NCBI GenBank assembly: GCA_024644385.1
Contig: JAHELB010000003.1
Span: forward strand, 4,223 to 68,222
From: Nitrosopumilaceae archaeon
Lineage (GTDB): Archaea; Thermoproteota; Nitrososphaeria; Nitrososphaerales; Nitrosopumilaceae
Length of the DNA: 64,000 nt
Reading direction: 5' to 3'
Positions 26,363 to 35,823 of the stretch are shown in pieces (position 1 is the stretch's first letter; each line of letters begins with the position of its first letter). Made by a program: the position numbers and the translations under genes. A model generated the notes under the pieces. The model searched no databases. It had not been told where the DNA came from and worked only from the letters and a program-made list of their open reading frames with translations.

Positions 26363-27577
26363 CTATACGTCTTTTGGAGATGAATCACTAAACTCTTCAT
26401 CAAGTGCTTCTGACAGTACCAACTCTTCAGGTACCTCGACAGCTAGTTCTTGCCCATCAGTATTTGTTATTTCTGGTATCTCAGCCGTAGTTAGCTCCTG
26501 GCTTTCAGTGGTTGGTATTTCAACTTCTGGAGAATCAATTTTTTCTTTAGGCGTATCCTTTTTTGTAGTTTTTTTGGTTTCTTTTTTAGAGGTAGCCTTT
26601 TTTGGTTTCTTTTCTGCATCTTCTGGATCTATTATTCCTGCTTCACCCAAAGCAAAAATTACTTCCTCTTCTGGATGATGAGGACTGTCTACCATTCGTG
26701 CAATTCTCTTTTTGCCTGATTTCTTAAAGTATATTCTATAAGTACTTGTGTGTGCAACTACATTGCCACCAATTGGACGAGTTGGATCTCCAAAGAAAAC
26801 ATCAGGTGATGCCATCACTTGATTTGTTGCAAGTGCGGCACAGTTGTAGGTTTCTGCAATTCTAGATAACAGATGAACAAAATGATTTAGTTTTTGTTGT
26901 CTGTTAGATAGTGTTCCTCTTCCTAAATATTCAGCACGGAACAATCCAACTGCAGAATCTGCAATAATTAATTTGATATTATTTTCTTCAATTATAGGAC
27001 CTACTTCTTCAAGAATTAATGTTTGATGTGCACTGTTATATGCACGTGCAACAATGATATTATCAAGAACTTTTTGTGGATCCATGCCGTTTGCATTTGC
27101 AATGGATACAATTCTTTCAGGGCGGAAAGTGTTTTCAGTATCAATGTATATGACTCCACCTTCTAGTCCACCTTCTTCTTTTGATTTTTGGACTTGAACG
27201 CACATTGTAAGACACAGTTGTGTCTTGCCACATCCAAACTCACCGTAGACTTCAGTAAGTGCTTGTGTTTCAATGCCACCGTCAAATAATGTATCTAAAC
27301 AATTAGTACCAGTTGTAATTTTACCAATATCCTGTCTTCGCTTGTAGATTTCACTTGCGCTTACAAAATCTTTAGATATTAATCCACCTTCAACTAACTG
27401 TTGACGTGCTTTGTTGACAATTTTTTCTGCAGTATCTTTTTCCATTCCAGTTATGTCTGAAATTTCTACTGGGCCTCTAACAATTAGATCCATGATATTG
27501 TGAATGCCTGCGTCGGCTAATTTTTTTGTAGTTACAGGTCCTACACCTGCTAAACTATCTAATCTTAAATCTTCCAT
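26363..27577 (-). CDS. radA: DNA repair and recombination protein RadA with a ~85-aa low-complexity C-terminal tail
   Basis: N-terminal HhH, Walker A GEFGCGKTQ and Walker B LIIADS. The tail runs KKPKKATSKKETKKTTKKDTPKEK followed by an acidic stretch. Confidence 0.95.
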   Translation of the reverse strand: MEDLRLDSLAGVGPVTTKKLADAGIHNIMDLIVRGPVEISDITGMEKDTAEKIVNKARQQLVEGGLISKDFVSASEIYKRRQDIGKITTGTNCLDTLFDGGIETQALTEVYGEFGCGKTQLCLTMCVQVQKSKEEGGLEGGVIYIDTENTFRPERIVSIANANGMDPQKVLDNIIVARAYNSAHQTLILEEVGPIIEENNIKLIIADSAVGLFRAEYLGRGTLSNRQQKLNHFVHLLSRIAETYNCAALATNQVMASPDVFFGDPTRPIGGNVVAHTSTYRIYFKKSGKKRIARMVDSPHHPEEEVIFALGEAGIIDPEDAEKKPKKATSKKETKKTTKKDTPKEKIDSPEVEIPTTESQELTTAEIPEITNTDGQELAVEVPEELVLSEALDEEFSDSSPKDV

Positions 27578-27661
27578 ACGGTATCGTACGGTACAGTACT
27601 TTATAAGCTTAGTGTTTTAAGAAATGATCGTGATTGTATTGATTAAACCAATGAAACTGAT

Positions 27662-27844
27662 TTATCGTCTTTTTCTTCTTTGACCGGGTTTGTTTTGGCC
27701 AGGGAATCTGCCTAAAACAAATCTTTTCTTGAAATTGCTTTTGTTTCTAAGACTGGAATTAGTGCCAGTAATTTTTCTTCCCTCTACTTTGGGTGTTTGA
27801 CCTCGAACTTTACCTGCTTTGGTAAGCGAACCGTGTGTTGCCAT
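27662..27844 (-). CDS. rps30e: 30S ribosomal protein S30e
   Basis: HGSLTKAGKVRGQTPKVEG. Confidence 0.9.
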   Translation of the reverse strand: MATHGSLTKAGKVRGQTPKVEGRKITGTNSSLRNKSNFKKRFVLGRFPGQNKPGQRRKRR

Positions 27845-27883
27845 GACTTATTCAACTCTTATTGGAATTTATGTATTTGGAAA

Positions 27884-29617
27884 TTAATAGTATTTTGCCT
27901 TGACTTTTTCTATTACTAGTTCATGTTCTCGACTTTTTCTCCTAGCATATCGCTCCATTGCACCCAATGGAACACCTCCCAATGACCTTGCTATTGCATT
28001 AAAAAAGTATCTTTGAGGGCCTTTAGAGCCTGTTTTTGTCATGAATTTCTGAATTCCATATTTGAAATTGTGCTGCCATGTTTTGTACAATACTCCTAAT
28101 TGAGCAGGAGTCATTTCACTTCCAATATCAAAGAAATTAGATTTTTCTAGTAATCCTATTGGAACAAAGGTAAGAGCTGTTGCAGTAAACATTGAATTTG
28201 GTTGTTCACGTTCCAATTCACTAATCAAACTAATTGTCTCCCAAGAATCCTCTGGAGTTTCGTCATTATCCAACCCCATAATCAATGTAAATGCAGGAAT
28301 CCAATAATCTTTGTTTAACGTCCTAACTCCCTCTTTTACCACCCAATGCCACTCTTCGGGGGCATAGGGAGCTAGTTTTCTGTCTGCATATTTTTCAATT
28401 AACCTAAGGCTTCCTGTTTCAAAACCAGCCTGAACGCCAATCATGTTTTCTGGGCCAGATTTAATAATTTTAGATATATTAGGAATCAGTTTTTCATCGG
28501 CTATCGCACCAGCTAAAGTACCATGTGTCGGATTTGTATGTTTCACTCCAGTTGACATTATTGCAGTAAATAGTTCCTCCAGTGCTTCGCGGTTTGGCTC
28601 CATTCCTTTTGCGGTTCGTGGATCCATTCCATAAACAAAAATATCATCACTATGAATCCAAGCAGATGTAGCCCCACCTTTTTTCATATTTACTTCAATT
28701 TCTTTAACGACTTTTTCTGGAGGATAATAGCGTAAAGATCTTAGGGTTACATCACAAAATTTGCAACCTCTACCACATCCTCGCATTACCTCAACCATTC
28801 CATGCATACTTGGTTCAACAATATCTGGAATTTCTTCTAGGTCCGGTCTATCCCAAAAATTTACAAATCTTCCATGAACTTTTTTACCGTTTCTTTCAAA
28901 TTCTTTAATGTTAACTTTGAAATCACTCCTTTTTCTGAAAGGATCCATGTTTTCAAAATCGCCGTTAATTAAATAATTAAAGAATCTGCCAGCATGTCCA
29001 TCTATTTCTGGAGCAATACCTCCTAATTCTCCTTCTAAAATAGCATATATTCCAAACTCTTCAATTTTTTCAGGATCGTAATTATATTGCCAAGTACCCG
29101 ATGCACCGGAAATTACTTTTGCCTTACTTCCTGTTTTTTGTTTAGCTTTTTTTATTCTATGATGTAATTCGGTATTGTATAATTCATCATATGAGATTTG
29201 TTTTCTTCCATAAGTAAAGGTCATTGTAACAGGGCCCATTCCTAGAGGATCCATCTCATATGTTCCAATTACCTCAGTTTCAGGACCTATAAATTTTTCA
29301 ATGTAATTTGGATGAGCTACCACTACTTCATCTCGACGAAAACCATCTCGCAGTAGACCTGCTTCAAGTTTTCGTAAACCATATGGGGCAAAGTTTGCTA
29401 CACCGTTGGTGTGGGGAATATAATTACAAATAAAGTCAAAGAGAATTTTTGGAGTTACTTGGTTTTTTAGAATTTTGTACCAAATACTGTTTTTATCTCT
29501 GTTAGGATCAATTGCAGGCGCACAGCCAAAAAATGTGGCTAAAGATAAACCGCGATATGGTGACATTAAAGTCCGGTCTGCTGTCAAAACAATTTTTGGA
29601 GTTCCCATGACCTTCAT
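27884..29617 (-). CDS. Large radical SAM enzyme (single CxxxCxxC cluster) with an N-terminal accessory domain
   Basis: MRGCGRGCKFCDV is the radical SAM triad, and only 5 Cys occur in total. The N-terminal ~270 aa look like a B12-binding-like domain with an insertion. Confidence 0.8.
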   Translation of the reverse strand: MKVMGTPKIVLTADRTLMSPYRGLSLATFFGCAPAIDPNRDKNSIWYKILKNQVTPKILFDFICNYIPHTNGVANFAPYGLRKLEAGLLRDGFRRDEVVVAHPNYIEKFIGPETEVIGTYEMDPLGMGPVTMTFTYGRKQISYDELYNTELHHRIKKAKQKTGSKAKVISGASGTWQYNYDPEKIEEFGIYAILEGELGGIAPEIDGHAGRFFNYLINGDFENMDPFRKRSDFKVNIKEFERNGKKVHGRFVNFWDRPDLEEIPDIVEPSMHGMVEVMRGCGRGCKFCDVTLRSLRYYPPEKVVKEIEVNMKKGGATSAWIHSDDIFVYGMDPRTAKGMEPNREALEELFTAIMSTGVKHTNPTHGTLAGAIADEKLIPNISKIIKSGPENMIGVQAGFETGSLRLIEKYADRKLAPYAPEEWHWVVKEGVRTLNKDYWIPAFTLIMGLDNDETPEDSWETISLISELEREQPNSMFTATALTFVPIGLLEKSNFFDIGSEMTPAQLGVLYKTWQHNFKYGIQKFMTKTGSKGPQRYFFNAIARSLGGVPLGAMERYARRKSREHELVIEKVKAKYY

Positions 29618-29659
29618 GGCAATAATTTAATGATTTATTTTAAACCTTGCTGGTAAAGC

Positions 29660-30487
29660 CTAGTATTTTTCTAAAATTCCAGCCTTATTTCTGTAAAAAT
29701 AACCAAATTCGGGGTTTGATAATAGGTGATCACCATCAAAAATAGTTCCATCTCGGCAAACCAAGTCCTCACCAATACAACAACTTCCACAAATTCCCAC
29801 ACCACATTTCATCATACGCTCAAGACTTGCTTGGACGAATAATCCTTTTGAGTGGGCAATCTGAACAGTCTTAAACATCATTTTTTCAGGACCACAAGTA
29901 TATACTCCATCAAAATTGGTTTTATTTACCAATTTTTCTACCATGTCTGTGACAAAGCCTTTTTCTCCATAGGATCCATCATCAGTTGTAACAATAACCT
30001 GATGTGGGTTATTTTTCAACAACTTGTTAGCGAGTTCTTCGAAAAATACTTCGTCCTTTGTTCTTGCTCCAATTAAGAGGGTTATATCATCATCTGGTTT
30101 AACAAACAAAAGTAACCTCATCAATGGAACAAGACCCGTCCCACCCCCAACAAGCAAAAGGTTTCCTTTTTTTAAATCAAAAGAATTTCCATACGGACCT
30201 CTAATTCCAATTTGTTGTCCTTCCTTTAGATTATACATTCCAGTTGAGGCAGGGCCATGTCTTCTAACAGTAAATGCAGCCTTTCCTACCTCGTTAGAAA
30301 TCATTACACTCATAGGTAACTCATTTATTCCTGGAATCCACACCATTGCAAATTGTCCTGGCATAACACTGGACATTATTTCATTTGAAAATACTAAGGT
30401 TCTAACTGTGGGAGTTTCATCAATTATTTTTTCAATTTTACAAATTGTTGGGTGATTATTTGGTTGCAATTCCGACCATCTCCTCAA
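29660..30487 (-). CDS. pyrK: Dihydroorotate dehydrogenase electron-transfer subunit (PyrK)
   Basis: FAD/NAD-binding fold (LLLVGGGTGLVP) and a C-terminal 2Fe-2S motif CGVGICGSCC...C. It overlaps and precedes pyrD in an operon. Confidence 0.85.
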   Translation of the reverse strand: MRRWSELQPNNHPTICKIEKIIDETPTVRTLVFSNEIMSSVMPGQFAMVWIPGINELPMSVMISNEVGKAAFTVRRHGPASTGMYNLKEGQQIGIRGPYGNSFDLKKGNLLLVGGGTGLVPLMRLLLFVKPDDDITLLIGARTKDEVFFEELANKLLKNNPHQVIVTTDDGSYGEKGFVTDMVEKLVNKTNFDGVYTCGPEKMMFKTVQIAHSKGLFVQASLERMMKCGVGICGSCCIGEDLVCRDGTIFDGDHLLSNPEFGYFYRNKAGILEKY

Positions 30488-31364
30488 TTTTTGAAATCCC
30501 TTTTTTTTTCATGTAGTGAAGTATACCGTTATTGATATCATCAAAGATGTTTATCCAATTATCTCCCACGGCACTTCCAACCTGAACTGCCGATGCTCCT
30601 GCTAGGAAAAATTCAACAGCATCTTCCCAAGTAGATATACCACCACATCCGATTATGGGAATTTTGTATTGTGATGAAATTTCATAAACACAACGAAGGG
30701 CAATTGGTTTTATCGGAGTACCCGACAATCCTCCAAATTTGTTACTTAGGATTGGTCGTTGAGTTTCTACATCAATTGTTATGGCTCTAATTGTATTGAT
30801 TGCTGTAATCGCATCGATCCCCGAATCAATAGCCGTGCCTACGGTTTCAAGGTAATTGGTGGTACCTAATCCAACCTTTGCAATAACTGGAACATTTGTA
30901 GATTTCTTTACGGTGCTAACAATTTTTTTGACTAATTCTGGATCATCTCCAACTTCTAAGCCAACTTTTGCTACATGTGGACATGACAAATTTAATTCAA
31001 AACCAGCAACTTTACAATTTTCAAATTCTTTTATCATAAACTCAAAATCTTCTGGAATAGAGCCAACTAAGCTAACAATAATTGGAACCTCCCGGTTAGG
31101 TTCAATCATTTTTGCAAAATTTGGCGCTCCAGGATTTGAAAGACCTACTGCATTTATCCAGCCACCTCCATTTACACTTAAAACAGTTGGGTTGGGATAT
31201 CCCTCCCAAGGTTCCCTACTAAGAGATTTTGTAACAACTGCTCCTGCGCCTGAGCGATAAATTCTATTAAAAACATCCAACGAAATACCTAAAATTCCAG
31301 AGGCGAGCATGACAGGTCGTTCAAGACGAATTTGACCTACTGAAGTATCTAAACTGGTTTCCAC
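30456..31364 (-). CDS. pyrD: Dihydroorotate dehydrogenase 1B catalytic subunit (PyrD)
   Basis: NAVGLSNPG, ELNLSCPH, GGLSG and IIGCGGI motifs. Confidence 0.9.
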   Translation of the reverse strand: METSLDTSVGQIRLERPVMLASGILGISLDVFNRIYRSGAGAVVTKSLSREPWEGYPNPTVLSVNGGGWINAVGLSNPGAPNFAKMIEPNREVPIIVSLVGSIPEDFEFMIKEFENCKVAGFELNLSCPHVAKVGLEVGDDPELVKKIVSTVKKSTNVPVIAKVGLGTTNYLETVGTAIDSGIDAITAINTIRAITIDVETQRPILSNKFGGLSGTPIKPIALRCVYEISSQYKIPIIGCGGISTWEDAVEFFLAGASAVQVGSAVGDNWINIFDDINNGILHYMKKKGISKIEEMVGIATK

Positions 31365-31452
31365 TCTGAATCATACACGTAGATTTGAATATAACAGTTG
31401 AGTCAGATCCTATCTGTTACCTTTTTTAAAGGAGGCTTAGAATCAACAATTC

Positions 31453-32751
31453 ATGTATTCTGTAATTTTAACAGAATTTGGAATCTCAGTTTTCAATGAA
31501 GAGAAACTTGAAAAGGCATTTCCATTTTCGGATCCAATACAGAATTATCTTGCTGTTAAAAATAAAGAAGCAAGATTAGATGAGTTGGTTAATTTTCTAA
31601 ATCCACTACAGAGAGGAGTTACAGTAAATGATTCATCTTTGGTTAATTTATTAAAAAAAAATTCTATTGATGCACAACTTATGGAAGAAGATGAGCTAGA
31701 TGATGTTCAATCCTCTAAACCTCAAATTATTGTAAATTCAGGATTTGCCAGAGATATTCCAGAAGTTCTCAATAAACTAAGAGAATTTGCTCTTGGTCTA
31801 TCATCCTCAAAGGTTACCAAAGTATCAGAGAGTCCAGACTTACACATTATTCAAGCGATAAATTCACTGGATGAAATAGATAAAATTGCAAATGCAATGA
31901 GTTCAAGATTAAGAGAATGGTATGGTCTGCATTTTCCTGAATTAGAAAATGTAATTGACAGTATTAATGGGTATGCTCAAATTGTTCTTGCAGGTAAACG
32001 TGACTCATTAACAAAGGAAGTTTTTGAAAGTGCAGGATTTCCAGAACCCAAAATAGAAATGTTATCCTTAGTTGCGTCGAAAAGCCGAGGGGGCGATATC
32101 TCTGAAAAAAATTTGAAGATTGTTCAATTCATGGCAAAACAAATGCTTGATCTTCATGAGCTTAGAAAAAATTTAGAAGATCATGTAGAGTCTGAAATGA
32201 CCATTGTGGCACCTAACATATCTGCTATTCTTGGGACAGCAGTTGGTGCAAGAATTCTAGGCAGAGCTGGAAGTTTAACCAGACTCGCCTCAATGCCAGC
32301 AAGCACAGTACAGGTAATTGGTGCAGAAAAAGCATTGTTTCGATCCTTGAAAACAGGTGCTCAACCTCCAAAACATGGAATATTATTCCAACATGCGATG
32401 GTACATGCAGCCCCAAGATGGCAAAGAGGAAAAATTGCTAGAGCAATTGCGGCCAAGGCCGTAATTGCTGCTCGAGTAGATGTGTATGGAGAGGGACTAA
32501 ACGAGACTCTCCTTGAAAAACTTGACGTTAGGGTAAAAGAAATCGGTAAAAAATACGAGATGCCCACAGAAAGGGAGCCCAGAAGATTTGATTCTGTTAG
32601 ACAAGAAAAACGAGATTTTGATAGAAGAAGTGGAGGATTTTCTCAAAGGAATAGAGGAGATTCTAAAAGAAGTGAAAATAGATCACGTAGAGAAAATAGA
32701 GATTCAAAACAAAATAAGAATAAAAAGAGAAAAAAGTTTGGAAGAAGATAA
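31453..32751 (+). CDS. nop5: C/D box sRNP protein Nop5 (Nop56/58) with an Arg/Lys-rich tail
   Basis: The Nop domain shows LREWYGLHFPEL...VAPNISAILG...GAEKALFR...PKHGILFQH. Confidence 0.9.
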   Translation: MYSVILTEFGISVFNEEKLEKAFPFSDPIQNYLAVKNKEARLDELVNFLNPLQRGVTVNDSSLVNLLKKNSIDAQLMEEDELDDVQSSKPQIIVNSGFARDIPEVLNKLREFALGLSSSKVTKVSESPDLHIIQAINSLDEIDKIANAMSSRLREWYGLHFPELENVIDSINGYAQIVLAGKRDSLTKEVFESAGFPEPKIEMLSLVASKSRGGDISEKNLKIVQFMAKQMLDLHELRKNLEDHVESEMTIVAPNISAILGTAVGARILGRAGSLTRLASMPASTVQVIGAEKALFRSLKTGAQPPKHGILFQHAMVHAAPRWQRGKIARAIAAKAVIAARVDVYGEGLNETLLEKLDVRVKEIGKKYEMPTEREPRRFDSVRQEKRDFDRRSGGFSQRNRGDSKRSENRSRRENRDSKQNKNKKRKKFGRR

Positions 32752-33412
32752 TCAAGAATTTTTCTGGATAAAATCAGAAGGGATGAAAAAACTGGCTACT
32801 GAAAATTTAGTGATAGGAAATCAAGTTTACAAAGAAAAATTAATCACAAAAAAAGGAATAGAGTACAGACTTTGGGAACCTTTTAGAAGTAAATTGGCAG
32901 CATCAATTATGAATGAGCTTGAAGTATTTCCTTTTAAAAATAAATCAAAAGTATTGTATCTTGGTGTATCTACAGGGACAACTATTAGTCATATTTCAGA
33001 TATTGTTGGGCCAAGTGGAATTATTTTTGGCGTGGAGCATGCAAGTAGAGTAGCAAGAGATTTTTTAGATAGAGTTGCATCATATAGAAAAAATATTATT
33101 CCTATTTTACAAGATGCAAGGAAACCAAAAGAGTATTTTTCAATTTTTGGTAAAGTAGATGTAGTGTATGTAGATATTGCCCAGCCTGATCAAACTGAAA
33201 TAGCCATTACAAACTGTAAAATATATCTTAAAAAAAATGGCTATCTATTTTTGGTCATAAAAACAAGAAGTATCGATGTTACAAAATCACCAAGACGAAT
33301 TATTGATGAAGAAATTCTAAAATTAAAAGAAAATTTTGATATTATACAAGTTATTGATTTACATCCATATGATAAAGATCACGCCATGGTGATTGCTAAA
33401 TTTCATATCTAG
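32738..33412 (+). CDS. flpA: Fibrillarin (rRNA/tRNA 2'-O-methyltransferase)
   Basis: EYRLWEPFRSKLAA and VLYLGVSTGTTISHISD are present. The track ORF begins at 32588 inside nop5. The conserved N-terminus starts near FFWIKSEG, so the TTG at 32738 (14-nt overlap) is likely the start, with the ATG at 32783 as the alternative. Confidence 0.9.
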   Translation: MEEDNQEFFWIKSEGMKKLATENLVIGNQVYKEKLITKKGIEYRLWEPFRSKLAASIMNELEVFPFKNKSKVLYLGVSTGTTISHISDIVGPSGIIFGVEHASRVARDFLDRVASYRKNIIPILQDARKPKEYFSIFGKVDVVYVDIAQPDQTEIAITNCKIYLKKNGYLFLVIKTRSIDVTKSPRRIIDEEILKLKENFDIIQVIDLHPYDKDHAMVIAKFHI

Positions 33413-34029
33413 GTTTTATTAATAATTTTTTTAGTAGGTTTCCAACTTTTACGCACAAATTTAGGAATAGTTTTTTGATCTTTGTAGTATTTTTTTACAA
33501 ATTTAATTGTTTTTGCATCTGAAGGATATCCGCTACCCAAATCATAATCTTTCCTAAGATGAGCTATTGCCCTATCTCGAGTAACTTTAGCCAAAATTGA
33601 GGCGGCAGAAACTACAATAAACCTAGAGTCTGCATGATGATAAGAATTAATTTTTTTATTGTTTGATAATTTTGAAATCTCTTTCCCAAATCTTTTTGGA
33701 TTTACATCACATGAATCAACAAAAGATTTGTCTGGATTTAATTTAGTTATTACTTTAGCCATGAATTTGGCCTCAAGATGATTCAAACCATGTTTTTCAA
33801 CACTTGTATCAATAGACTTCGGTGAAATTTTTGAAACATAGTAATTATCCGCCAGAGAGATTATTTTTTTGTAAAGTTCTTCACGACGTATGGAAGAAAG
33901 TTTTTTTGAATCCTTAACTCCCAAACCAGAAAGTTTACGTAGTTTTTTTTTATTTATAGAGATTCCTGCGATAACAAGTGGTCCTAACATTGACCCCCTT
34001 CCAGCATCATCAACCCCACAAATTTGCAC
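33409..34029 (-). CDS. rnhB: Ribonuclease HII
   Basis: CGVDDAGRGSMLGPLVIAG and DSK motifs. Confidence 0.9.
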   Translation of the reverse strand: MQICGVDDAGRGSMLGPLVIAGISINKKKLRKLSGLGVKDSKKLSSIRREELYKKIISLADNYYVSKISPKSIDTSVEKHGLNHLEAKFMAKVITKLNPDKSFVDSCDVNPKRFGKEISKLSNNKKINSYHHADSRFIVVSAASILAKVTRDRAIAHLRKDYDLGSGYPSDAKTIKFVKKYYKDQKTIPKFVRKSWKPTKKIINKT

Positions 34030-34090
34030 AAATTTGCTCCAAGACTACAAGTATTAAACCATTATACGTCTAACAAGAGGATGTTAATCA

Positions 34091-35233
34091 TTGCAAATCA
34101 ACAAAGAAACCTTTGAGACAATCATAGAAGGTCAAACAAAATTAATGGTTCCCAAAAAATCGTTAACTGAAAAAGTTCCACCAAAAGTCCCGGCCTTTTT
34201 CAACCCAAAGGCAAAACTAACTCGAGATTTTTCTATTATTGCCTACAAAGCTTTCTTGAAAAATTTTACTGGGCCAAAAATTTTCCTTGAAGGATTGACA
34301 GGAATGGGAGCTAGGGGAATTCGTGTTGCAAATGAATTAGAATTAGACAAGGTAATTCTAAATGATTTAAATCCATCAGGTTTGGAACTTGCAAAATATT
34401 CTGGGAATTTAAATAATATACAAAATCTAGAGTTTTCTGAAAATGAAATATGCAGGTTTTTTAGCAAGTATTCACAAAAAGGTAGTCGAGCCTCTATTGT
34501 GGACATTGATCCGTTTGGTTCTCCTGCGCAATTTTTTGACTGTGCTCTAAGAGCAACTATGCACGGTGGAATATTATCCTGTACAGCTACGGATTTACAA
34601 GTATTAAATGGGCTATTTCAAAATGCATGTTCAAGGAAATATGGCGGGGTCCCCGTTAGGACTCAATATGGGAATGAAATCGCAATTCGTCTTATTCTGG
34701 GATGTTTAAGAAGAGTTGCAGGGCGTTTAGGGTTGAAAATTATCCCGCTTTATGTTGAAAGTAATTTTCATTATTATAGAATCTACGTTAAAATGCATAC
34801 CAGATCAGATCAGAAAGAAAACTTAGGATATGTTACTCATTGTAAAAATTGTGGTCATCGTAAAATGGTCTCCGAAAAAATAGATTCTTGTGAATTATGT
34901 AATTCAAAGAATAGTTTTGGAGGACCCCTTTGGATTGATAAAATTTTTGACAGAGAGTTTATCGAAAACATGTTACAAGGAATTTCTGAATTGAATGTAG
35001 ACAAATCTTGTGAAAAAAGTTTGAGAAAATGTTTGTTGGAGTCAGAAATGCCTGGAATTTATTTCACATTAGATGAAATTGCATCTAGAATGAAATCATC
35101 CCCACCAAAACTTGAGAATGCAATTAAAAATTTACAAAATAAGGGTTACATGTCCAGTCCTACATCTTTTAATCCAACAGGTTTTAGAACAAATGCAAAT
35201 GTAAAAGAAATAATTACAGTATTTTCAAATTAA
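34091..35233 (+). CDS. trm1: tRNA (guanine26-N2)-dimethyltransferase Trm1
   Basis: TTG start. IIEGQTKLMVP, FFNPKAKLTRD, DIDPFGSP and the Zn motif CKNCGH...CELC. Confidence 0.9.
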   Translation: MQINKETFETIIEGQTKLMVPKKSLTEKVPPKVPAFFNPKAKLTRDFSIIAYKAFLKNFTGPKIFLEGLTGMGARGIRVANELELDKVILNDLNPSGLELAKYSGNLNNIQNLEFSENEICRFFSKYSQKGSRASIVDIDPFGSPAQFFDCALRATMHGGILSCTATDLQVLNGLFQNACSRKYGGVPVRTQYGNEIAIRLILGCLRRVAGRLGLKIIPLYVESNFHYYRIYVKMHTRSDQKENLGYVTHCKNCGHRKMVSEKIDSCELCNSKNSFGGPLWIDKIFDREFIENMLQGISELNVDKSCEKSLRKCLLESEMPGIYFTLDEIASRMKSSPPKLENAIKNLQNKGYMSSPTSFNPTGFRTNANVKEIITVFSN

Positions 35234-35823
35234 GCTGTATATCCAAGACAAACAATGTATAGCTCACTACTTTGTTTTCTGCTTGCCGGAGGTTTCGTGA
35301 GATTTATTCGAGCAAATTTTTTCTTCAAAAAATCTCTAAACTCCATCGAATATTCCCCATCAAATATTTTAAAGACAGCATTTCCTTTATGTATCAGTAC
35401 TTTGTCCATAATTTTTGTGCATGAATAATTTAGTGAGATTTGTTTGGCGTGGTCAACTGTCCAATTTCCTGAAACCTGAGGAGAAAGGTCACAAATTACT
35501 GCATTAACCTTTCTACCAAAATATTCAAGTATTTCATCAACCATAGATTCGTCTTCAATATTACCACGAACTATGCTCGCACCAGGAATTTCTTCGACGT
35601 ATGATAAATCAATTCCCATCACTTTTCCCTTGTTTCCTGCAAGTTTTACTGCCATTTGGGTCCATCCCCCTGGAGCACAACCGAGATCAAGTACATAAAA
35701 GCCAGGTCCTATAAGACGATATGATTGATTTAGTTCTTTGAGTTTGTATGCAGCTCTGCTACGGAACCCCTGCTCATGGGCCAGATTTCTATAATAGTCG
35801 CGCCTCGCGTCTCGTAATCTCAT
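35230..35823 (-). CDS. rlmE: 23S rRNA 2'-O-ribose methyltransferase RlmE/FtsJ
   Basis: GFRSRAAYKLKEL...VLDLGCAPGGWTQ...VICDLSP. Confidence 0.9.
   Translation of the reverse strand: MRLRDARRDYYRNLAHEQGFRSRAAYKLKELNQSYRLIGPGFYVLDLGCAPGGWTQMAVKLAGNKGKVMGIDLSYVEEIPGASIVRGNIEDESMVDEILEYFGRKVNAVICDLSPQVSGNWTVDHAKQISLNYSCTKIMDKVLIHKGNAVFKIFDGEYSMEFRDFLKKKFARINLTKPPASRKQSSELYIVCLGYTA

Noticed and set aside
27624-27660. Possible C/D box sRNA (ATGATCG ... CTGA) between radA and rps30e
   Set aside because: The C box deviates at two positions and no C'/D' boxes or terminal stem are present. The element is also too short.
27884-29617. Assignment of the radical SAM enzyme as the tetraether (GDGT) synthase
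   Set aside because: That enzyme class carries several FeS clusters, whereas this ORF has only five cysteines in total, three of them in the SAM triad. I kept only a weaker suggestion of a Grs-like or unknown class B enzyme.
30024-31260. Plus-strand ORFs of 143 aa and 134 aa opposite pyrK and pyrD
   Set aside because: These are shadow frames of well-supported minus-strand genes. Their Ser/Pro/Thr-rich translations are typical of antisense reading.
32588-32737. Long N-terminal extension of the fibrillarin ORF overlapping the nop5 3' end
   Set aside because: The extension is a by-product of the A/G-rich Lys/Arg/Glu tail of Nop5 being open in a second frame. Fibrillarin homology begins only around FFWIKSEG.
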